Shown piece by piece: positions 45,987 through 53,132 of a stretch of 64,000 nucleotides of DNA. The notes beneath the pieces are model-generated. The model did no database searches and was not told the origin of the DNA. It saw only the letters and a program-made list of their open reading frames with translations. Each line of letters starts with the position of its first letter. Position 1 is the first letter of the stretch. This stretch comes from Clostridia bacterium (GTDB lineage Bacteria; Bacillota; Clostridia; UMGS1883; UMGS1540): contig JAZSIR010000003.1 of assembly GCA_045533905.1 (NCBI GenBank), forward strand, positions 1 to 64,000, in the 5' to 3' direction. The translations under genes and the position numbers were made by a program.

Positions 45987-47258
45987 ATGACTCTGTTTGG
46001 CGGCGTAATTCCTGTAAACGGGATTACCTTTTTGATGTTTTGTGTATTTGTGATTGCGGCAGTGGGCTATGCGCTCGGTCGCATTACGATAAAAGGTGTA
46101 AACCTCGGCACAGCAGGCGTATTTATCGTAGCGCTTTTGTTTGGTTGCTTTTTCTTTGCACCGCTTTCGGCCCAGCTTCCGAATTATACGGATAAGGCGC
46201 TGAAAATCATTGAAAATTTAGGCCTTATTTTGTTTGTAACGTCCGTTGGCTTTATTGCAGGGCCGAAATTCTTCAGCAATATGAAGAAAAACTTTAAGTC
46301 CTATGTATTTTTAGGCATCTTGATTATTTTGGCAGGCGGTCTTTCCGCGGTAGCTTGCATCTACCTTGGCGAAGTGTTTGGCTACGGTGCTACCATCGAA
46401 ACACGCGAAGGCTTTGTGGCGATGATTGTCGGTCTTCTTTCCGGCTCTCTTACTTCCACTCCCGCCTTTTCCGCCGCAAAAGACACCGTTTTGCCGGAGT
46501 TTGAAAGCCTCGTATCCGTCGGTCACGGCATTGCGTACATATTCGGCGTTTTGGGCGTAGTCCTGTTTGTACAGCTGATTCCGAAAATGTGCCGCGCCAA
46601 TATGGACGAGGAAAGAGCAAAGCTCACCGCCGTTTCCGATGGCGAAGCGAAGAAAGAATACAAAGGCAAGCTCATTCATCTTGATGGCTTCGGCTTTGGT
46701 GCGTTTGCCCTCGCTGCGATTTTGGGCGTTTTGGTTGGTATGATTAAAATTCCGCTTACGGGCGCAGGCTATGCCTCTCTCGCTGCAGGCGAAGGCATAA
46801 AGGGCACAGCGTTTTCCCTCACCACTACGGGCGGTTGCCTTTTAATGTCCCTCGTATTCGGGCATTTCGGCAGAGCCGGTCGCATTTCCTTAATGCCCCA
46901 GGAATCTACACTCAAGGTTTTCCGTGAGCTTGGTCTTATGCTTTTCTTAATCGGCGCAGGTATCCCGGGCGGCGCAGAATTCGTTGCGAATTTTGACCCC
47001 ATGTATTTCGTATACGGCGTAATTATGACAATTGTGCCGATGCTTGTCGGCTACTTCTTTGCAAAGTATGTACTGAAGCTCAGCCTTCTCAATAACCTCG
47101 GTTCCATCACGGGCGGTATGACATCTACCCCGGCGCTCGGCACGCTTATCAACACCGCCGGCACAGAAGCCGTAGCCGCCGCCTACGCCGCAACATACCC
47201 GATTGCGCTCATTGCCGTTGTGCTTGTATCGCAGTTTTTGATTATTTTATTTAAATAA
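45987..47258 (+). CDS. AspT/YidE/YbjL (AAEx) family transporter, probable succinate exporter
   Basis: Duplicated GSLTSTPA / GGMTSTPA motifs, LGTAGVF, ELGLMLFL, YAATYP. Confidence 0.8.
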   Translation: MTLFGGVIPVNGITFLMFCVFVIAAVGYALGRITIKGVNLGTAGVFIVALLFGCFFFAPLSAQLPNYTDKALKIIENLGLILFVTSVGFIAGPKFFSNMKKNFKSYVFLGILIILAGGLSAVACIYLGEVFGYGATIETREGFVAMIVGLLSGSLTSTPAFSAAKDTVLPEFESLVSVGHGIAYIFGVLGVVLFVQLIPKMCRANMDEERAKLTAVSDGEAKKEYKGKLIHLDGFGFGAFALAAILGVLVGMIKIPLTGAGYASLAAGEGIKGTAFSLTTTGGCLLMSLVFGHFGRAGRISLMPQESTLKVFRELGLMLFLIGAGIPGGAEFVANFDPMYFVYGVIMTIVPMLVGYFFAKYVLKLSLLNNLGSITGGMTSTPALGTLINTAGTEAVAAAYAATYPIALIAVVLVSQFLIILFK

Positions 47259-47270
47259 AGGAGAAAAACA

Positions 47271-48113
47271 ATGCGTGAAATTTCTGTAAGCCTTGTTACC
47301 GATACCGTAGAAAAGCTTTGCATCGACGCGAACAATCACCTTCCCGAAGATGTAAAGTGTGCCATTTGCGACTGTCGCGCGAAAGAAGACGGCGAAATTG
47401 CAAAAGGCGTTCTCGATAACATCATTGAAAACTTTGAAATTGCGGACCGCGAAAATGTACCGATTTGTCAGGATACCGGCATGGCCTGCGTGTTCCTTGA
47501 AATCGGGCAGGATGTACACTTTGTGGGCGGCGACCTTTCCGAAGCCATTCACGAAGGCGTACGTCGCGGCTATGATAAAGGCTATCTTCGTAAATCCGTT
47601 GTAAAAGATCCCGTTCGCCGCGGCAACACCGGCGATAACACCCCCGCGATGATTTACACAGAAATCGTACCGGGCGAAAACGTAAAAATCACTGTAGGCC
47701 CGAAGGGCTTCGGCAGCGAAAATATGAGCCGCATTTGCATGTTCAAGCCGTCCCACGGCATTGAAGGTATTAAGAACTTCATTTTGGAAACCGTTGAAAT
47801 TGCGGGGCCGAACCCCTGCCCGCCGATGGTTGTGGGCGTTGGTATCGGCGGCACATTCGATAAGGCCGCACTTCTTGCAAAGAAGGCACTTATGCGCCCC
47901 ATCGATTCTGAAAACCCCGACCCGTATTATGCCGACCTTGAAAAGGAAATGCTCGAAAAAATCAACGAGCTCGGCATCGGGCCCCAGGGCTTTGGCGGCA
48001 GAACCACCGCAATCGGGCTCAATATCGAAACGATGCCCACGCACATTGCAGGTATGCCGTGCGCTATCAACATTAACTGCCACGTAACGCGGCATAAAAC
48101 GGAGGTGCTCTAA
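47271..48113 (+). CDS. fumA: Fe-S class I fumarate hydratase, alpha subunit
   Basis: PICQDTG, YLRKSVV, NTGDNTPA, PKGFGSENMS, NPCPP, PTHIAG, CHVTRH. Confidence 0.92.
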   Translation: MREISVSLVTDTVEKLCIDANNHLPEDVKCAICDCRAKEDGEIAKGVLDNIIENFEIADRENVPICQDTGMACVFLEIGQDVHFVGGDLSEAIHEGVRRGYDKGYLRKSVVKDPVRRGNTGDNTPAMIYTEIVPGENVKITVGPKGFGSENMSRICMFKPSHGIEGIKNFILETVEIAGPNPCPPMVVGVGIGGTFDKAALLAKKALMRPIDSENPDPYYADLEKEMLEKINELGIGPQGFGGRTTAIGLNIETMPTHIAGMPCAININCHVTRHKTEVL

Positions 48114-48114
48114 T

Positions 48115-48672
48115 ATGGCCAGAAAAATTACATTGCCCCTTACAGAGGAGCTTGCAAAAACTTTAAAGGCCGGTGACGAAGTTCTTTTAACCGGTACCAT
48201 TTACACTTCCCGCGATGCCGGCCATAAGCGTATGTGCGAAGCACTCGCACGCGGCGAGGAATTGCCGTTTGACCCGAAGGATGCCACGATCTACTACGTA
48301 GGCCCCACGCCCGCAAAGCCGGGTCAAGTTATCGGCTCTGCAGGTCCCACCACAAGCGGCAGAATGGACGCCTATGCGCCTACGATGATGCGTGTCGGCG
48401 CACGCGGCATGATTGGTAAGGGCGCACGCCTTCCTGAAGTAGTGGATGCAATGCGCGAAAATGCAGGGGTATACTTTGGCGCTATCGGCGGCGCAGGTGC
48501 GCTTTTAGCCAAATGCATTAAGAGCGCAGAACTGATTGCCTATGAGGATTTAGGGGCAGAAGCGCTTCGCAAACTCTACGTAGAAGATATGCCGCTTGTA
48601 GTCATTATTGACAGCGAAGGCACCAATTTGTACGAAAAAGGAAGGGAAGCTTACCTCGCTTCCAGAAAATAG
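48115..48672 (+). CDS. fumB: Fe-S class I fumarate hydratase, beta subunit
   Basis: LTGTIYTSRDAGHKR, YYVGPTP, GSAGPTTSGRMD, MIGKG, DLGAEA. Confidence 0.92.
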   Translation: MARKITLPLTEELAKTLKAGDEVLLTGTIYTSRDAGHKRMCEALARGEELPFDPKDATIYYVGPTPAKPGQVIGSAGPTTSGRMDAYAPTMMRVGARGMIGKGARLPEVVDAMRENAGVYFGAIGGAGALLAKCIKSAELIAYEDLGAEALRKLYVEDMPLVVIIDSEGTNLYEKGREAYLASRK

Positions 48673-48715
48673 TTGTGTATTTTGTACAAAAATTAAACAA
48701 TTTTCGGCAAAAGTA

Positions 48716-48744
48716 TTGAAATTATGCCAAAAAGGTGATAGAAT
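48716..48744 (+). promoter_or_regulatory. sigmaA promoter of hup
   Basis: TTGAAA, 17 nt, TGaTAGAAT. Confidence 0.6.
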
Positions 48745-48779
48745 GACAATATGAATGAAAAAGGAAAGGAGTGAATGAA

Positions 48780-49052
48780 GTGAATAAAGCTGAACTCATC
48801 GCAGCAATCGCAGCAAAAGCAGAAATCTCCAAGAAGGATGCTGATAAGGCTCTGGCAGCAATGCTCGCCACAGTTACGGAAGAATTAAAGGCAAAGAAGA
48901 AGGTACAGTTGATCGGTTTCGGTACTTTCGAAACTCGTCAGCGTGCAGCACGTAAGGGTAAGAACCCGCAGACAGGTGCTGAAGTTACAATTCCGGCAGC
49001 AACCGTTCCGGTATTCAAGGCCGGTAAGGCTCTGAAGGAAACTGTAAAATAA
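48780..49052 (+). CDS. hup: DNA-binding protein HU
   Basis: MNKAELI, VQLIGFGTF, RAARKGKNPQTG, PVFKAGKALK; GTG start at 48780. Confidence 0.96.
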   Translation: MNKAELIAAIAAKAEISKKDADKALAAMLATVTEELKAKKKVQLIGFGTFETRQRAARKGKNPQTGAEVTIPAATVPVFKAGKALKETVK

Positions 49053-49065
49053 GATACAGGCAAAA

Positions 49066-49097
49066 AAGAAGCTTCTCCACGTGTGGAGAAGCTTCTT
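49066..49097 (+). terminator. Hairpin/terminator after hup
   Basis: AAGAAGCTTCTCCAC-GT-GTGGAGAAGCTTCTT. Confidence 0.75.
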
Positions 49098-49113
49098 CTC
49101 GTTTTTGCGGTGT

Positions 49114-49376
49114 TTTTCGAAAATGAACAGACTAAGACAAATATTCTTCTTGCCTTTTTGCGTTCTGGACTGTGGGGATAGGAAAAAAGATGCAGAAGGG
49201 CAAAACTCCACCCGCCGTCGTACATGCGTACTACAAGTGGTGGAGTTTTGTCCTAGCAAAAAGGCGCATATACGAAGGGACTCTCCAAAATGGAGAGCCC
49301 CTTCCTTTGGAAGATTACTTTTAGAGAACGAACCGGCTAAGAAAAATATTTTCCCCGCCTTTTTGCGTTCTGGACT
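49114..49376. repeat. Two imperfect 58-bp direct repeats enclosing nested palindromes
   Basis: 49114-49171 and 49319-49376 align without gaps (about 48/58 identical by eye; 3' GCCTTTTTGCGTTCTGGACT identical); hairpins at 49198-49253 and 49274-49304 lie between them. Confidence 0.8.
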
Positions 49377-49395
49377 TTTTTTACGAGTCCAAAGC

Positions 49396-49596
49396 TTATT
49401 TCATGTCGTTTTCTGCCTTCATGATCATCTTCTTAACCATCTGACCGCCTACAGAACCGGCCTGCTTGCTGGTAAGGTCGCCATTGTAGCCGTCTTTAAG
49501 GTTTACGCCAACTTCGTTTGCAGCTTCCATCTTGAACTTGTCAAGTGCTGCACGTGCTTCGGGAACGAGTGTTCTGTTATTATTTCTGTTTGCCAT
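49396..49596 (-). CDS. Alpha/beta-type small acid-soluble spore protein
   Basis: VPEARAALDKFKMEAANEVGV, NGDLTSKQAGSVGGQMVKKMI. Confidence 0.95.
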   Translation of the reverse strand: MANRNNNRTLVPEARAALDKFKMEAANEVGVNLKDGYNGDLTSKQAGSVGGQMVKKMIMKAENDMK

Positions 49597-49642
49597 TTTT
49601 GTTTACTCCTTTAAAATAAATTGTTTTTGTCGGTGCAGTAGT

Positions 49643-49671
49643 TAGTTTGAACAGTTTGCACTTTTATATGT
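49643..49671 (-). promoter_or_regulatory. sigmaG-type forespore promoter of the SASP gene
   Basis: Minus strand aCATA, 17 nt, CAAACTA. Confidence 0.5.
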
Positions 49672-49766
49672 AGCCAATTTTTTGTATTTCGGGAAAAAAT
49701 TCTTGAAGAAAAATGCAAAATATGATACTATTATAGGGAATGATAAAACCGAAAGAGGTACACGCG

Positions 49767-52358
49767 ATGCAGAAAATCACCCCGATGATGCAGCAATACT
49801 TTGAAATCAAAGAAGCGTATAAAGATGCGATACTGTTTTTCCGTCTCGGCGATTTTTACGAGATGTTTTATGACGATGCCGTGCTTTGCGCGCGCGAACT
49901 TAAAATTACGCTAACGGGAAAAAGCTGCGGTCAGGAAGAAAAGGCGCCGATGTGCGGCGTGCCCTTCCATTCGGCGGATGAGTATATTTCTACCCTTGTA
50001 TCGCGTGGGTATAAAGTTGCCATTTGCGAGCAGGTGGAGGACCCGAAGGCGGCAAAAGGCATTGTACGGCGCGACGTTGTAAGAATTGTAACGCCCGGCA
50101 CCACGCTTGACGAAAAGATTTTAACCCAGCGCGGCGAAAATTATATTTGTTCCGTTTTTAAAAACGGAGATGAAAGCGGCGTTACCTTCTGCGAAGCCTC
50201 CACGGGTAAAATGCAGGCCACCACGTTTTCGGACGATGCCGAGGGGCACCTCCTCGCCGAAGAAATTCTTCGTATGTATCCGGCGGAAATTATTTATAAT
50301 CTCGAAGCCGGCGAATGTGAAAAGGTAAAAAATGCCGCAAAGTACGCGGGGAGCCTCACCGTTTTATATAATGATATGTATTTTGCCGAAGACTATGCGG
50401 CCGAAGCTGTTTTTGACCAGTTCGGCGCGAAGAAGGAGAAACTGCCGCCGTATGCTATGCGTTCTACCGGCGCACTCCTTTCGTACCTTTCGCAAACGCA
50501 AAAGGTAAAGCCAAGGCATATTACCGATATTGAAGTATACCAGACGGCGCAGTTTATGGAAATGGATATGGCCGCACTTTCGAATCTCGAACTCTGTAAG
50601 AATATGCGCGACCGCGAAAAGCGCTTTTCTCTCTACTGGGTGCTCGATAAATGCAAAACCACCATGGGCTCGCGCACGATGCGCGCGTGGCTCCTTCGTC
50701 CGCTACTTAATTGTGCGCGTATTCTGGCGCGCCATACGGCGGTGGAAGAATTTACAAAAAATCCGCTCCTTCTCGATGCCGTACGCGAGCTTTTGGAAGA
50801 AGTTTCCGATATGGAGCGTCTTTCCGGCCGCGTCGTTATGGGCACCGTAAGCCCCAGAGATTTATTAAAGCTTCGCGCATCTTTAGCCGTTTTGCCGGAG
50901 CTGAAAGCCAAAATGCAAACGGCCACAGCAAAACTGCTTCTCGAAGAGACGGCAGAAATCGACCCGCTTCCCGCGCTTTGTGATTTAATTGAACGCGCCA
51001 TAAATCCCGAGCCGCCGCTTGCCATTCGCGATGGGAACATTATTCGCGAAGGCTTTTCGGAGGAGCTTGATGCCCTTCGCCGCGCTATGCATGACGGCGC
51101 CGGCATTATCCATGAAATCGAAGCGGAGGAAAGAGAACGTACCGATATTAAAAATCTCCGCATCCGCTTTAACAAAGTTTTCGGCTATTATATTGAAGTT
51201 TCCAATTCCCATCTCGATAAGGTACCCGAGGACTATATAAGAAAGCAAACCACCGTAGGCGGCGAACGCTTTATTACCGAGCGCCTCAAAGAAGTGGAAA
51301 GTATGATACTCGGCGCCTCCGAAAAGAGCACGGCGCTTGAATATTCGCTTTTCCAGGAGGTGCGCGCCCGCATCGCGGAAGAAACAGAAAAACTCCAGCG
51401 CACGGCGCACGCCGTCGGCGTTTTGGATGCACTCGCATCCCTTGCCGCGGTAGCTTTGCGAAACCGCTTTGTCCGTCCCGAGGTCGATACTTCGGAAAGC
51501 ATTGAAATTCACGGCGGACGTCACCCCGTAGTAGAGCTCGCCTTGGACGATGCCCTCTTTGTCCCAAATGATACACGGCTCGACACCGATAAAAACCGCC
51601 TTGCGATTATCACAGGGCCCAATATGGCCGGTAAATCTACATATATGCGCCAGATTGCGCTGATTACCATTATGGCGCAAATGGGCAGCTTTGTGCCGGC
51701 GGACTATTGCCGCATCGGCATTGTGGACAAGGTTTTCACGCGTATCGGCGCGTCGGACGATCTTTCCACAGGCCGCAGTACCTTTATGGTGGAAATGAGC
51801 GAGGTGGCAGATATTTTGCGCCACGCCACAAAGCGAAGCCTATTGGTGCTCGACGAAATCGGGCGCGGTACAAGCACGTATGACGGGCTTTCCATCGCCT
51901 GGGCGGTGCTCGAACACTGCGCCACGCGCATTGGCGCGAGAACGCTTTTTGCCACGCATTACCATGAGCTTACAAAGCTTGAGGATAAAATGGAGGGCGT
52001 TGTAAACTATAACATTGCCGCCAGAAAACGTGGAGACGATATTATTTTCCTTCGTAAAATTGTACCCGGTGGCACAGACGATAGCTACGGCATAGAGGTA
52101 GCCCGCCTTGCAGGCGTACCCGAAGGTGTTACAAAGCGTGCAAAAGCCATTTTAAAGGAAATTGAAGAAGGAAATGGGGGCGTCACGGTGCGCGGGGCGT
52201 CAAAAAAAGAAGCCGAGCCCACGCTTCAAATGGGTTTTGCCGCTATGGGGCAAAACGAAATTTTAGAGGAGCTTCGCACCATAGATGCTGAAACGCTCTC
52301 GCCCATTGAAGCCTTAAATGCGCTTTATAAACTTACGAAAAAAGCAAGAGAAGTATAG
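49767..52358 (+). CDS. mutS: DNA mismatch repair protein MutS
   Basis: TPMMQQY, FRLGDFYEMF, PMCGVP, ITGPNMAGKSTYMRQ, STFMVEM, DEIGRGTST, FATHYHEL, SYGIEVARLAG. Confidence 0.97.
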   Translation: MQKITPMMQQYFEIKEAYKDAILFFRLGDFYEMFYDDAVLCARELKITLTGKSCGQEEKAPMCGVPFHSADEYISTLVSRGYKVAICEQVEDPKAAKGIVRRDVVRIVTPGTTLDEKILTQRGENYICSVFKNGDESGVTFCEASTGKMQATTFSDDAEGHLLAEEILRMYPAEIIYNLEAGECEKVKNAAKYAGSLTVLYNDMYFAEDYAAEAVFDQFGAKKEKLPPYAMRSTGALLSYLSQTQKVKPRHITDIEVYQTAQFMEMDMAALSNLELCKNMRDREKRFSLYWVLDKCKTTMGSRTMRAWLLRPLLNCARILARHTAVEEFTKNPLLLDAVRELLEEVSDMERLSGRVVMGTVSPRDLLKLRASLAVLPELKAKMQTATAKLLLEETAEIDPLPALCDLIERAINPEPPLAIRDGNIIREGFSEELDALRRAMHDGAGIIHEIEAEERERTDIKNLRIRFNKVFGYYIEVSNSHLDKVPEDYIRKQTTVGGERFITERLKEVESMILGASEKSTALEYSLFQEVRARIAEETEKLQRTAHAVGVLDALASLAAVALRNRFVRPEVDTSESIEIHGGRHPVVELALDDALFVPNDTRLDTDKNRLAIITGPNMAGKSTYMRQIALITIMAQMGSFVPADYCRIGIVDKVFTRIGASDDLSTGRSTFMVEMSEVADILRHATKRSLLVLDEIGRGTSTYDGLSIAWAVLEHCATRIGARTLFATHYHELTKLEDKMEGVVNYNIAARKRGDDIIFLRKIVPGGTDDSYGIEVARLAGVPEGVTKRAKAILKEIEEGNGGVTVRGASKKEAEPTLQMGFAAMGQNEILEELRTIDAETLSPIEALNALYKLTKKAREV

Positions 52359-52368
52359 GAGAAAAAAG

Positions 52369-52836
52369 ATGAAGCTCAAGAAAATTTTATACGCGGCCGT
52401 GATTGCCGCCGTATACGCCGCACTCACTCTGATTTTTGCACCCATCAGCATGGGCCCTGTACAGTGTCGCGTTTCCGAAGCGCTTTGCGTTTTGCCGATG
52501 CTTTCGCCCGTAGCCATTCCCGGCCTTTTCATAGGGTGCCTCATTGTCAATATCTTCCTCGGCTCTATCTATGATATCATTTTCGGCTCGCTCACGACGC
52601 TCGTGGCGGCGTATCTCTCATGGCGCTTTCGTAAGAACCGCTGGCTCGCCGTATTTTTCCCGGTTATCTTAAATGCCATCATTGTTGGCGGATATTTGGG
52701 GCTTTTCCTGCCGGATGCTCCCGCGGTTTGGTTTTGTATGCTCACGGTGGGCATTGGCGAGGCGCTCTCCTGCTACGGGATAGGGCTTGCACTGTTTCCG
52801 ATGTTTAAAAAACTTTTCACAAGGTTGTATCTGTAA
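52369..52836 (+). CDS. queT: QueT-family (ECF S-component-like) queuosine precursor transporter
   Basis: AVIAAVYAALT..APIS.GPVQCRVSEAL..LP, GLFIGC..N, DIIFGSLTT, PVILNA, VGIGE. Confidence 0.85.
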   Translation: MKLKKILYAAVIAAVYAALTLIFAPISMGPVQCRVSEALCVLPMLSPVAIPGLFIGCLIVNIFLGSIYDIIFGSLTTLVAAYLSWRFRKNRWLAVFFPVILNAIIVGGYLGLFLPDAPAVWFCMLTVGIGEALSCYGIGLALFPMFKKLFTRLYL

Positions 52837-52854
52837 AAGAAAGGGGAATGTAAA

Positions 52855-53064
52855 ATGCCTCCGGAATATAAACCGCTTTTAATCGTGGCCGTTATTTTTC
52901 TCGGCTTTCCCGTTTACTTTTTGCCCAGCTATGTGGCGGCCAAGCGCGAGCATCCAAAAAGAAAGAAAATCCTCTACTGGAATCTTTGCACCGCGTGGAC
53001 CGGGCTAATCGCCTGGGCTATCTTGATGTTTTGGGCAGCTAAAAAAACAGAAACAGAAGAATAA
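52855..53064 (+). CDS. Superinfection immunity (T4 Imm-like) small membrane protein
   Basis: YFLPSYVA..R.H......I...NL..AWT.LIAW....FWA pattern; AAGGGG RBS. Confidence 0.75.
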   Translation: MPPEYKPLLIVAVIFLGFPVYFLPSYVAAKREHPKRKKILYWNLCTAWTGLIAWAILMFWAAKKTETEE

Positions 53065-53091
53065 AAGGGATGTAAAAAAGGCGTAGAACGC

Positions 53092-53124
53092 AAAAAGGAC
53101 TCTCCAAAATGGAGAGTCCTTTTA
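53092..53124. terminator. Bidirectional terminator (member of a repeated palindrome family)
   Basis: AAAAAGGACTCTCCA-AAA-TGGAGAGTCCTTTTT. Confidence 0.85.
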
Positions 53125-53132
53125 CTTTGTTC

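Noticed and set aside
47271-48672. L-tartrate dehydratase (ttdAB) call
   Set aside because: Same family, but the mdh/frd context favours fumarase.
49198-49253. Possible c-di-GMP-I riboswitch (GGGCAAA start)
   Set aside because: Lacks the GAAA tetraloop and GACGCAAAG segment and is not in a 5' leader.
49114-49376. Possible CRISPR array
   Set aside because: Only two degenerate 58-bp units with a 147-bp interval; no cas genes.
49081-49614. 177-aa ORF with internal repeats
   Set aside because: Translation of the non-coding repeat cassette and the antisense of the SASP gene.
49767-52358. mutS without adjacent mutL
   Set aside because: Separation is common; mutL may be elsewhere in the genome.
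52359-52368. preQ1 riboswitch before queT
   Set aside because: Only 10 bp separate mutS and queT; no aptamer visible.
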